Below are positions 19,020 through 27,849 of a DNA stretch of 64,000 nucleotides, piece after piece (position 1 is the stretch's first letter; each line of letters begins with the position of its first letter). The DNA is from a virus. The stretch covers positions 1 to 64,000 of the IMG/VR virus record IMGVR_UViG_3300029913_000003; one strand, given 5' to 3'. The position numbers and the translations under genes are program-made. The notes below the pieces were generated by a model that made no database searches, was not told where the DNA came from, and saw only the letters and a program-made list of their open reading frames with translations.

Positions 19020-20081
19020 ATGATAGATAAAAATATTTGTATACCTGGCAACATATTTGTTGTAAATAACAAAGTTTCAAAAGTAAATAATCAATATAAT
19101 GATTATTATAATCAAAAAGACTCATTAGGATTAAATGCTTATATTCATATGAAAGATGGAATAGATTATTCTGGTTATAACATGATTGAAATTCCATCAG
19201 GTACAAAAATTGAAATAATTAAATTTAAAAATGCAACAGCATTTTTTAAAATAATAAGTGAGCCTAATAATATTTATTCTGCATATTGGTCTCCATTTAA
19301 AGTTAAAGTTGATAAAATTGAAGGTCAAGAAATTAGTGAACCTGAAGTTATACCAACTAGATATAAAATCTTCTATAAAGGAAAAGCTCACAAGCCAAAA
19401 TATTTCAATGATCTTGGTAAAGTTAAAGCATCATTACTTATTACAATTGGATATTATGAAAATCAATATGAAATGTTCCAAAAATATATTGATCGTAATC
19501 CAGAATTAGAAGACTCACAAATTCCAGAATGGTGTCAATCTGCGAATGAAACATTTGATAGAGATGATTGTAAATATCTTGAAATTATGTCATACGTTAA
19601 TGGTGATAACAAACATCCTATCAAATTTGATTTTGATATGCTTAAATATTATGATGATTCAATGAGATTGATTAATGTCACTGCTCAGTTTGGCAACGCA
19701 GCAAGAGAAGTATTCAAAAATGTAATGAATACAAAAGAATATTCTTATATGTTAGTTTATTATCCTTATGAATATCGTAATCCTAATAATTTTGATGTAA
19801 GTTATGGCTATAAAAGTAGTAATTTTGATTTTAGTGAATTGAAAGAAGATCAAAGAATTAAAGACATTTTAAAAGAATCTGGGATCAAAGGAACAAAAAA
19901 ATCTACCAAATTTGGTAAAACTGCAATAGCTTTTAAAACTCTTGATGATCTTAAACAAGTTATGTTAAGGCTAGAACCAAAAGAATATTTTATTCTTGAT
20001 TGTGACGGTGATCAATTAATTGAAAAAAATACAAGATTTATTAAATTAATTATGCTTCAAGAAGAAAATTTTGATGAATAA
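19020..20081 (+). CDS. hypothetical protein (353 aa)
   Basis: Long intact ORF; no recognisable motif. Confidence 0.55.
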   Translation: MIDKNICIPGNIFVVNNKVSKVNNQYNDYYNQKDSLGLNAYIHMKDGIDYSGYNMIEIPSGTKIEIIKFKNATAFFKIISEPNNIYSAYWSPFKVKVDKIEGQEISEPEVIPTRYKIFYKGKAHKPKYFNDLGKVKASLLITIGYYENQYEMFQKYIDRNPELEDSQIPEWCQSANETFDRDDCKYLEIMSYVNGDNKHPIKFDFDMLKYYDDSMRLINVTAQFGNAAREVFKNVMNTKEYSYMLVYYPYEYRNPNNFDVSYGYKSSNFDFSELKEDQRIKDILKESGIKGTKKSTKFGKTAIAFKTLDDLKQVMLRLEPKEYFILDCDGDQLIEKNTRFIKLIMLQEENFDE

Positions 20082-20084
20082 TAT

Positions 20085-20387
20085 ATGAAAATAGGAGATA
20101 AAATATTTTGCTTAGATTATCAAATATATTCGGATTATAATGACGATATTAAATATAAAGGAGGATTATTAAAAAAAAATACAGAATATACAATCTATGG
20201 TATTTTTTTAGAATTTAGTGATTATTCTGAAAAATGGGTAGCAGAAACTCCTAAGATAGATGATAATAATTGTCAAATATATTTTGAATTAATTGAACTT
20301 GATGAGTTGATGTTTAATAAATGTAGATTTTTAACTAATAATGAATATAGAAAACTTAAGTTGCAGAAAATATATGAAAGTAGGTGA
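20085..20387 (+). CDS. family A small protein (MKIGDKIFCLD)
   Basis: ORF track. Confidence 0.55.
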   Translation: MKIGDKIFCLDYQIYSDYNDDIKYKGGLLKKNTEYTIYGIFLEFSDYSEKWVAETPKIDDNNCQIYFELIELDELMFNKCRFLTNNEYRKLKLQKIYESR

Positions 20388-20607
20388 TAAAGTAATTTTT
20401 CATAGTAATCATTATTATAGAGATTTAATAGAAGGTTACACATATACAATATCTGAAATTAATAGAATAGATGATGCTTATATTGAAATACCTAACGAAG
20501 ATTATATTATAGTATTATTAGAAAATACTTACGTTTTTTTATCAGATTTTATAACTATAAAAGAATATCGAAAACTTAAATTGAAAGAAATAGATGAAAG
20601 TAGGTGA
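20341..20607 (+). CDS. family A small protein (MKVGDKVIF)
   Basis: ORF track. Confidence 0.55.
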   Translation: MNIENLSCRKYMKVGDKVIFHSNHYYRDLIEGYTYTISEINRIDDAYIEIPNEDYIIVLLENTYVFLSDFITIKEYRKLKLKEIDESR

Positions 20608-20797
20608 TAAAGTTGTATGTATTGATAATTATAATTATACATATAAAATTTCATTAGATAAAATTTTAACAATAAAATTCAATAATAATTCTTATATGAA
20701 ATTTGATGAAATCGATTATAGATATTCAAGTAATAGATTTATAACTATAAAAGAATATAGAAAACGTAAATTAAAAAAATTAAAAAACTTATACTAA
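20594..20797 (+). CDS. family A small protein (MKVGDKVVCID)
   Basis: ORF track. Confidence 0.55.
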   Translation: MKVGDKVVCIDNYNYTYKISLDKILTIKFNNNSYMKFDEIDYRYSSNRFITIKEYRKRKLKKLKNLY

Positions 20798-20835
20798 TAT
20801 TTGGTAGTTATAAAAAAATATATTATCTTTATAAT

Positions 20836-21360
20836 ATGACAGAAAACAAACAAATAAATAAAAATGTAACTTTTTTTGGAGGTGCTATTAATGATAGAAC
20901 TACTTCTAAATATAGTGATAGTGTTTTAATTGGAAACTTTTTAGCTTCAAATGGGTATATAATTAAAAATGGAGGATATAGTGGATTAATGGAAGCTGTT
21001 TCTAAGGGAGCTAATGAAGCAGAAGGTACAATAATTGGTTATACTTGTTTATCTATTGGCTGTGCAAGAGGAAATGAATATTTAACAGAAACAGTTCCTT
21101 GTATTGACATCTATCAAAGATTGAGATTATTAATATCTGATAGTGAAATTTTTATAGTCCAAATAGGTGGAATTGGTACATTATCTGAAGTGTTTCTTCT
21201 ATTAGATGGCATAAGAAAATTAAAAGTAAAACCAAGAATATTTTTATTTGGACCTGAATGGAACAATTTATTTAATAATTTAACTGACTTTATGTCACCT
21301 GATCAAATAAAAATGATCACATTTTGTCAGGATTTTGAAGAATTTATAAAAGTTTTTTAA
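20836..21360 (+). CDS. LOG-family (TIGR00730-like) Rossmann-fold nucleotide-binding protein
   Basis: NGGYSGLMEAVSKGANEAEG and QIGGIGTLSEV resemble LOG GGYGGxMEA / PGGxGTxEE motifs. Confidence 0.5.
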   Translation: MTENKQINKNVTFFGGAINDRTTSKYSDSVLIGNFLASNGYIIKNGGYSGLMEAVSKGANEAEGTIIGYTCLSIGCARGNEYLTETVPCIDIYQRLRLLISDSEIFIVQIGGIGTLSEVFLLLDGIRKLKVKPRIFLFGPEWNNLFNNLTDFMSPDQIKMITFCQDFEEFIKVF

Positions 21361-21405
21361 ATTTATTTAGTTGGTATCATATTTGTAATATTAAAAAAAA
21401 TATAA

Positions 21406-21735
21406 ATGACTGTATTTTATACATATTTATTTGGTGTGATAGTAGTATTTATTCTAATTATAAATATTCATATATTAGATGAAAAAACAAAATATAAAGA
21501 TGATGATAGAGATTTATCTATAAAATACTATATATTATTTTATATTTTTAATATATTTTGTTATTTATTTTTAAATGTAATACGTGAAAAAAGAAAAATA
21601 AATTATTATAAATATTATATAAAATGTTTTGATGATAATAGAATATATTTTGAATTATCATTTAGTTTAGAAATTGAAATCAAAAAAAGAAATAAAATAA
21701 TTAGATATTTAAAAATTAAACAATTAAAAAAATAA
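21406..21735 (+). CDS. family C small membrane protein
   Basis: FLFLNVIREKRKINYYKYY; tail RYLKIKQLKK. Confidence 0.55.
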   Translation: MTVFYTYLFGVIVVFILIINIHILDEKTKYKDDDRDLSIKYYILFYIFNIFCYLFLNVIREKRKINYYKYYIKCFDDNRIYFELSFSLEIEIKKRNKIIRYLKIKQLKK

Positions 21736-21754
21736 TCATTATATAAACTTAAAT

Positions 21755-22120
21755 ATGATAATAGCAGTAAAAGTGTATCAAATTATTTTATTTATGATAT
21801 TAATTGCAATTATTTATAAAATTGTTCTGGTATTAGATGAAAAAACAAAATTTCCTGATGATCATAGAAAAATATCTTTTAAATATTCTATATTTTTTTA
21901 TATTTTTAATGCTTTTTGCTTTCTATTTTTAAATACTATAAGAGAAAATAGAAAAAATGATTATTATAAATATTACGTAAAATATTATAAAAAATATAAA
22001 AAATCACTTGATTTTTTAACTAAATATTCTATATATGATGATTGTAATGCAATAAATTATAATATTAAAACTTATAATAAAATACTTAGATATTTAAAAA
22101 TTAAACAATTAAAAAAATAA
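21755..22120 (+). CDS. family C small membrane protein
   Basis: FLFLNTIRENRKNDYYKYY; tail RYLKIKQLKK. Confidence 0.55.
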   Translation: MIIAVKVYQIILFMILIAIIYKIVLVLDEKTKFPDDHRKISFKYSIFFYIFNAFCFLFLNTIRENRKNDYYKYYVKYYKKYKKSLDFLTKYSIYDDCNAINYNIKTYNKILRYLKIKQLKK

Positions 22121-22288
22121 TCATTATATAAACCCAAACATGACAATATTGTTATGCTTAACAAAAAAAAAAGAAAATTATGAAACATCAACATTAGGTT
22201 TTATCATTTGATAGAGGTTCACCTTTTATTATTTTTAATCAATTAGTATTTAAAAAAATTAATAATTTAATAAAAAAATAATAAAAAT

Positions 22289-22612
22289 ATGAAAACTACA
22301 ATAAAAAATGATATAAAAAAACTGGCGGAGAATCAATCAAATCTCAGAAATCAAAGAAAAACTATTCACATTAAAGGTGAAAGAGTAATGGAATCATGGA
22401 AAGCAGATTATTTACATTCTGAAAACAGACATGAATTAAGAATGTTATATGCAGCTTATGCAGTATTAAAAGGTAAAATATTTGAAGAAATTGAACCTAA
22501 AAATAAACCAGATAAATTGCCTTTATCATATTACAAAAATTCAATTGATAAATTAGTTGAAAAATATAATGTGATAGAAGAAATTAAAGATGAATCATTA
22601 GCATCTATTTAA
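22289..22612 (+). CDS. hypothetical protein (107 aa)
   Basis: ORF track. Confidence 0.45.
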   Translation: MKTTIKNDIKKLAENQSNLRNQRKTIHIKGERVMESWKADYLHSENRHELRMLYAAYAVLKGKIFEEIEPKNKPDKLPLSYYKNSIDKLVEKYNVIEEIKDESLASI

Positions 22613-22613
22613 T

Positions 22614-22940
22614 ATGATAATGAAAAACGTCAAAGATGATTTAGAAAAAGATAAATTATTTATATTAATTGACAACAAGCTTGATGTTACTTATGGAGGA
22701 GTTCAAGGTGCTCACGCTTCATGCCAATGGTTACTTGATCATAAATAGGTGCAAACCTGGAATAATCAATACTTAATTTTTCTATCTGCAGAACTTGAAA
22801 AATGGATATTTAAGTTAACTCTTAAAAATATAGATTTCACAGTGTTCTATGAACCTGATTTAGATAATAAACCAACTGCATTAGCAGTACATGGCAATGA
22901 TTCTCTATTTCGTAATTTAAAACTTTGGGGTGCTTTATAA
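22614..22940 (+). CDS. PTH2-like peptidyl-tRNA hydrolase with one in-frame TAG (codon 45)
   Basis: 22614..22745 and 22749..22940 are the same frame separated only by TAG 22746..22748; GGVQGAHASCQ ~ PTH2 GKGKxAAQCSHA; C-terminal FRNLKLWGAL ~ GHLKLL; human PTRH2 has Gln at the TAG position. Confidence 0.55.
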
Positions 22941-22947
22941 GCACCCC
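22927..22947 (+). promoter_or_regulatory. GC-rich stem-loop over the PTH2-like stop codon
   Basis: ggggtgc tttataa gcacccc; 7-bp G/C-rich stem with TAA in the loop, 15 nt before the tRNA. Confidence 0.4.
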
Positions 22948-22962
22948 GATTTTAATAAAAAT

Positions 22963-23033
22963 GCTCATTTAGTCCAGTGATAGGGCGGTAGCCTCTAAAA
23001 CTACCTACATCGGTTTGAATCCGATAGTGAGCA
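22963..23033 (+). tRNA. tRNA with anticodon CUA (amber-reading / suppressor-type), hand-folded
   Basis: Acceptor GCTCATT/AGTGAGC; D-stem GTCC/GGGC; anticodon stem GTAGC/ACTAC with loop CTCTAAA (U33, A37); T-arm ATCGG-TTTGAAT-CCGAT; discriminator A; 71 nt. Confidence 0.65.
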
Positions 23034-23070
23034 CAAATATATTTTTCATAAGGTATATTTATTTTTAAAA

Positions 23071-23099
23071 GGATTGAAATTCATTTCAATCCTTTTTTT
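23071..23099. terminator. intrinsic terminator after the tRNA
   Basis: ggattgaaa ttca tttcaatcc then ttttttt. Confidence 0.6.
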
Positions 23100-23139
23100 A
23101 TGTATAAAAATTTGCACATTCAAAATTTAATAGTTATAT

Positions 23140-23592
23140 TTGTATCTTATTTTAAAACTTATAAAAATGATTGTAAATATTGTAAATTATGTAATGAGTA
23201 GTTCATATATATCATTAAATACTGATTATAATATTTTTTATAATAATAATGATTCTATTAAAATATTAGATTTTAATAAGATGCTTGATATTACTATATC
23301 AATGAAAATAAATAATATAAATTTAGGTGGACTATTATGGTTCGTTAAAGAAATTCGTATGTATGAAATATGTCAATTAAAAGAATGTAAAGATTTTACT
23401 GATATGTTGAGAATGATTGGTATAATAATTGGCACAAATACTATATCTATAAGTGATGAAATATATTCAATAAAAGGTTTAACTTTATTAGAATTAACTC
23501 ACATAATTGATAATAATCCTGATAATTCATTTCAGAAATTACGAACATATATTAGAAAGAAAAAACTTGAAAAAATAATGATAGATGCTTAA
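23140..23592 (+). CDS. hypothetical protein with IRKKKLEKIMIDA tail
   Basis: ORF track. Confidence 0.5.
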   Translation: MYLILKLIKMIVNIVNYVMSSSYISLNTDYNIFYNNNDSIKILDFNKMLDITISMKINNINLGGLLWFVKEIRMYEICQLKECKDFTDMLRMIGIIIGTNTISISDEIYSIKGLTLLELTHIIDNNPDNSFQKLRTYIRKKKLEKIMIDA

Positions 23593-23839
23593 CGTTGGAG
23601 ACAAAATTTATTTTATTAAATCTTTATGATACAATATAGATTTACCATCAAATAAAGAATTAACAATCTTACATATATTTGATTGCCGTAATAATATTGT
23701 AATAGGAGGAGTTACTACTGTAATTAGAATAAAAGAAGCTATAATTGTTGATGATTATTATTCAGAACAATTTTTATCATTGAAAGATTATAGAAAAGAA
23801 AAACTAAAAAAATTATCAAATATATGCAAGCTTGGGTAA
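23585..23839 (+). pseudogene. family A-like pseudogene (multiple frame breaks)
   Basis: MLNVGDKIYFIKSL* then tail ..SLKDYRKEKLKKLSNICKLG* readable only in other frames. Confidence 0.45.
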
Positions 23840-24078
23840 AAAAACATAATTCAACATTTTATTGTATTGATAACTATATAAAAAAAGATAATAAAAATTA
23901 TAATCTTAAATCTTATAAAATGGGTACATCTTTTGATAAATATACTAATTTTAGAATAATATACTATGATAGTAATATATCAAGACAAGTTTTTTTTTCA
24001 AATATAACATTATCTGCTAATGAATATAATAATTTTATAAGAAAAACAAAAATTGAAAAATTATCAAAATATGAATGA
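23824..24078 (+). CDS. hypothetical small protein, tail IRKTKIEKLSKYE
   Basis: ORF track. Confidence 0.45.
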   Translation: MQAWVKKHNSTFYCIDNYIKKDNKNYNLKSYKMGTSFDKYTNFRIIYYDSNISRQVFFSNITLSANEYNNFIRKTKIEKLSKYE

Positions 24079-24334
24079 TTGGATAAATAAATGGATAGAA
24101 AGAAAAAATGAATTACCATTATTTTTTGATTATATTATTAAAAAAGATAATGAAAAATATGAATTTTATTCATATATGAAATTAACAACTTATGAATTTA
24201 GCATAAAAGTTAAATTGTCATATTATATTATAAATGTAGATACTATGTTTTCAGATGAAAAAGAAATATCATTTAATTCATTTAATAATTATCTTAGAAA
24301 AATTAAATTAGAAAAATTAAATGAAAATATCTAA
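24053..24334 (+). CDS. hypothetical small protein, tail LRKIKLEKLNENI
   Basis: ORF track. Confidence 0.45.
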   Translation: MKNYQNMNDWINKWIERKNELPLFFDYIIKKDNEKYEFYSYMKLTTYEFSIKVKLSYYIINVDTMFSDEKEISFNSFNNYLRKIKLEKLNENI

Positions 24335-24608
24335 TTTTGAATTATTGATTTATGTTATAAATAACGTTGAACGTTTTTATATATCAGAAGGATATGTTAT
24401 AGATCGTATATCATATAATATAATTAGAAATACATTATGTATAACTGTACGATATTTAATTAAAGTTGATTCTGAATTATGTACAAGTATTACAGTAAAT
24501 GTTAATATTAGAGATTATATTAGAGAAACTAGAAGAATAAAATTTAAGAAAATGAAAATAGATGAAAATAACAAAAAAGGATATGATGATTTATATATTG
24601 AATCATGA
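24321..24608 (+). CDS. hypothetical small protein
   Basis: ORF track. Confidence 0.45.
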   Translation: MKISNFELLIYVINNVERFYISEGYVIDRISYNIIRNTLCITVRYLIKVDSELCTSITVNVNIRDYIRETRRIKFKKMKIDENNKKGYDDLYIES

Positions 24609-24793
24609 TGAAGAATTTATTCTTAATAAAAAATATACTATTGACGATATAAAATATCATATATCAATAATGAAATTAATATTGATATTACATATTTAAT
24701 AGCTGATAATAAATATAAACAATTTAATTATTATATTTATATTTTAGAATACGTAAAATATATAAGAAAATTTAAATTATCTAAAATAATATT

Positions 24794-25222
24794 ATGATAA
24801 ACGTAAAGTTATATAATAAAGAATTATTTACTAAACATAATTTGTTTATTGAAGTCTGTATTCCTAATGATAAATATAATTCTATATCTCATTTATTTGA
24901 TGTAATAATAAATAAATTAATAGAGTATAAAAATAGAGATGTTTATTTTGCTTCTATTCGTAGTTTAATAGGTATAATGCTAGTTGAAATGAAACATGTA
25001 GATGAATTGGAATTAGAAGATTTTTTTAGAATTTTTCAATATAGATTTGATGTGCTTGATAATAAAATAGATGTGTTTAATGGATGGTATCATTTTATAA
25101 ATCAAGATATAGAAGATATTAAAGGAATAACTTTACATCAATTTAATATGATGATTAATGATGATAAATATATTAAAAAATATTTTAGAATGATTAAACT
25201 TCAAAAATTATCAAAATTATGA
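24794..25222 (+). CDS. hypothetical protein, tail RMIKLQKLSKL
   Basis: ORF track. Confidence 0.5.
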   Translation: MINVKLYNKELFTKHNLFIEVCIPNDKYNSISHLFDVIINKLIEYKNRDVYFASIRSLIGIMLVEMKHVDELELEDFFRIFQYRFDVLDNKIDVFNGWYHFINQDIEDIKGITLHQFNMMINDDKYIKKYFRMIKLQKLSKL

Positions 25223-25590
25223 TAGTAGAATATTATAATATAGATTTTTCAATAAATTATCAATCTGAAGAAATAGATTCAAATAGAATATATAATATTA
25301 TTAAAAATTATATAAATAATTATATAATGATATATAAAAATAATCCTCATATTTATGTAGGTAAGGATTGTTTTGATTTTATTTTATATTCCGATAAATT
25401 TCATCTTATTTCTTACAAATCATCAAAACCTTATATCGGAATATTATATGACTGTTATCTTTATATAAACACAGATTTACAAGAAGGGGATTTTTATTTA
25501 TCTAATAATAAAATAGATTTTAAACAATATAATAGAAAATTAAAAATAGAAAAAATAAATAATTATTATAATGAAAATAGTAAAATTTAA
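25219..25590 (+). CDS. hypothetical protein, tail NRKLKIEKIN
   Basis: ATGA overlap. Confidence 0.5.
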   Translation: MIVEYYNIDFSINYQSEEIDSNRIYNIIKNYINNYIMIYKNNPHIYVGKDCFDFILYSDKFHLISYKSSKPYIGILYDCYLYINTDLQEGDFYLSNNKIDFKQYNRKLKIEKINNYYNENSKI

Positions 25591-25707
25591 TGTTGAAATA
25601 TTTGATAATTATATATTAAAAACTACTAGGATTTTTACGAATTATTATATAAAGAAATATCTAAAAATTTTAATGATTATGGAGTTGCTGTTGTTTTTAG
25701 TCGTAAA

Positions 25708-25914
25708 ATGATGGATAATTTAAATTATCTTAATTGTAATTATAAAATTCATATTCAATATCAAGTAAATGATTATATAAACATAAATGATGTTTTTATA
25801 TATCCATATTATGCAGCCAATGAATGTGATATTATATTAACAGATTTTGATTTTATTAAATATTATAGAAAACAAAAACTTAAAGAAATATGTTTAAACC
25901 AGGAGATAGAGTAG
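25708..25914 (+). CDS. family A member with decayed N-terminus (tail YYRKQKLKEICLNQEIE)
   Basis: Upstream in-frame remnant DYGVAVVFSRK lacks a start. Confidence 0.45.
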   Translation: MMDNLNYLNCNYKIHIQYQVNDYININDVFIYPYYAANECDIILTDFDFIKYYRKQKLKEICLNQEIE

Positions 25915-26132
25915 TTTGCATAAATGATGAAAATAATTGTGATCCAAATATAAATCTAATTAAATATAATATTTATATTGTAAAAGAGTTACATGAATAT
26001 ACCAATAATAGAATAATATTAGAATATCATGAAAATAGTTTATATTATAATACTAGATTTATATTATTAAAAGAATATAGAAAAGAAAAACTCAAACAAA
26101 TAGAATTATGTTCAAACCAGGAGATAAAGTAG
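25890..26132 (+). CDS. family A small protein (MFKPGDRVVCIND)
   Basis: Tandem array; junction ELCSNQEIK overlaps next start. Confidence 0.6.
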   Translation: MFKPGDRVVCINDENNCDPNINLIKYNIYIVKELHEYTNNRIILEYHENSLYYNTRFILLKEYRKEKLKQIELCSNQEIK

Positions 26133-26344
26133 TGTGTATTAATGATAAATATTTTTATAATGATAAATCTATAATAGAAATGATTAAATATAATATTTAT
26201 ACAATAAATAGAATTGCAGAAATTTCAGGTAGCAATACAGATAGAGTTGTATTATATGAATGTAAACGTATGTATTTTTCACACAGATTCATATCATTAA
26301 AAGAATATAGAAAACAAAAATTATTAGAAATATGTTCAAAGTAG
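26108..26344 (+). CDS. family A small protein
   Basis: MFKPGDKVVCIND ... RFISLKEYRKQKLLEI. Confidence 0.6.
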   Translation: MFKPGDKVVCINDKYFYNDKSIIEMIKYNIYTINRIAEISGSNTDRVVLYECKRMYFSHRFISLKEYRKQKLLEICSK

Positions 26345-26598
26345 GAGATAAAGTAGTTTGTATTGATGTTAAAAAATATAATAATAATAATTATAATGTA
26401 AACCTAATTAAATATAATATTTATACAATTAATATAGATTTTTCAGTTTTTGATAGATCAAGTTTTGGTAGATCAAGAGTTGAAATAAAAGAATGTTGTA
26501 ATGAGACATTTTATTCAGAGAGATTTATATTATTAAAAGAATATAGAAAACAAAAACTCAAACAAATAGAATTATGTTCAAACCAGGAGATAAAGTAG
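26332..26598 (+). CDS. family A small protein
   Basis: MFKVGDKVVCIDV ... RFILLKEYRKQKLKQI. Confidence 0.6.
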   Translation: MFKVGDKVVCIDVKKYNNNNYNVNLIKYNIYTINIDFSVFDRSSFGRSRVEIKECCNETFYSERFILLKEYRKQKLKQIELCSNQEIK

Positions 26599-26813
26599 TT
26601 TGCATTGATCAACAATATAGAAAAAAATACAATTTACCTAATACAATATTAGAAGTTACAGAATATAAAGATATAAGATATAAAAAATTATTTAGTGAAA
26701 ATTTTATTATTTGTTTCAAAGATATAAAATATGGATATAATTATAATTGTTTTATGCTATTAAAAGAATATCGTAAATTAAAATTATTAAAATTAAATAA
26801 AAATGATAAGTGA
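26574..26813 (+). CDS. family A small protein
   Basis: MFKPGDKVVCIDQ ... LLKEYRKLKLLKL. Confidence 0.6.
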   Translation: MFKPGDKVVCIDQQYRKKYNLPNTILEVTEYKDIRYKKLFSENFIICFKDIKYGYNYNCFMLLKEYRKLKLLKLNKNDK

Positions 26814-27084
26814 ATCAAGTCTTGTTAATTATATAGAAAATCTAAATCTTAGAAAAACCCATGAATGTTTTGATACTAACTATATAATTGATAATAATTA
26901 TATAATATGCATTGAATCATCTACTAATGTTTTTTTCATAGATAAAAAAATGAATTCGAACCTGTATATTTTCATAATTAATATTGAAAAATTAAAAGAT
27001 ATTTATTATAAAAAAACTGGTAAAAATATAGAAATTTTAATGAGAAAAGAAAAACTAAAAAAATTAGAAGAATGTTCAAGATAA
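26803..27084 (+). CDS. divergent array member (tail LMRKEKLKKLEECSR)
   Basis: Lacks GD start motif. Confidence 0.45.
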   Translation: MISESSLVNYIENLNLRKTHECFDTNYIIDNNYIICIESSTNVFFIDKKMNSNLYIFIINIEKLKDIYYKKTGKNIEILMRKEKLKKLEECSR

Positions 27085-27296
27085 GAGATAGAGTAGTTTG
27101 CATTGATAATTCTTATTTATATGATATAAATCTATTACAATTAAATAATATTTATATAATTGAAGATATTTTTAGTTATGATACAGAAAATAATTATATT
27201 GGTATGATATTAGAAAAATATAATTTTGAATTTAATTCTAATAGATTTATATCATTAAAAGAATATAGAAAACAAAAAATATTAAAATTATGTTAA
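27072..27296 (+). CDS. family A small protein (MFKIRDRVVCIDN)
   Basis: ORF track. Confidence 0.55.
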   Translation: MFKIRDRVVCIDNSYLYDINLLQLNNIYIIEDIFSYDTENNYIGMILEKYNFEFNSNRFISLKEYRKQKILKLC

Positions 27297-27535
27297 AACC
27301 AGGAGATAAAGTAATTTGTATTGATAATTCTTATTTAGATGATAATAGTATGAGAAAATTATTATTAAACCATATTTATATAATTAAACTATGCTTTACA
27401 TATCAATCAGATCATTTTAATTATATTATATTAGAAAATGATTTTGAATATCATGAAAATAGATTTATAACATTAAAAGAATATAGAAAACAAAAACTAT
27501 TAAAATTATGTTCAAACCAGGAGATAAGTTATTAG
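27290..27535 (+). CDS. family A small protein (MLKPGDKVICIDN)
   Basis: ORF track. Confidence 0.55.
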   Translation: MLKPGDKVICIDNSYLDDNSMRKLLLNHIYIIKLCFTYQSDHFNYIILENDFEYHENRFITLKEYRKQKLLKLCSNQEISY

Positions 27536-27756
27536 AAATATCAACTAACAAAATTTTCACATTCTGTGATTATATAAAAACTATATCATATTCATCAAAT
27601 TATAATGATATGATAGTGAATGATTATGATTATGAAAATGGTTTAATATCAATCAATGAAGATGCAGAAAATTATCATAGAATTAATAAATATTTATCTA
27701 TTAAAGAATGTAGAAAAGAAAAACTTAAAAAATTATATAAAGATTTTAATATTTAA
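27508..27756 (+). CDS. family A divergent member (MFKPGDKLLEIS)
   Basis: ORF track. Confidence 0.5.
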   Translation: MFKPGDKLLEISTNKIFTFCDYIKTISYSSNYNDMIVNDYDYENGLISINEDAENYHRINKYLSIKECRKEKLKKLYKDFNI

Positions 27757-27849
27757 AGTTAAAAATCAATAAAATAAATAATATATTAATATCTAAATCA
27801 TTTATATTTTATATCTTTGTCATCATTATAATAATTATTTAAAATACTC

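Noticed and set aside
18949-19509. ORFs 18949..19206 (-), 19197..19391 (-) and 19258..19509 (+) overlapping the 353-aa gene
   Set aside because: All are embedded in or antisense to the long intact ORF 19020..20081 and have low-complexity composition.
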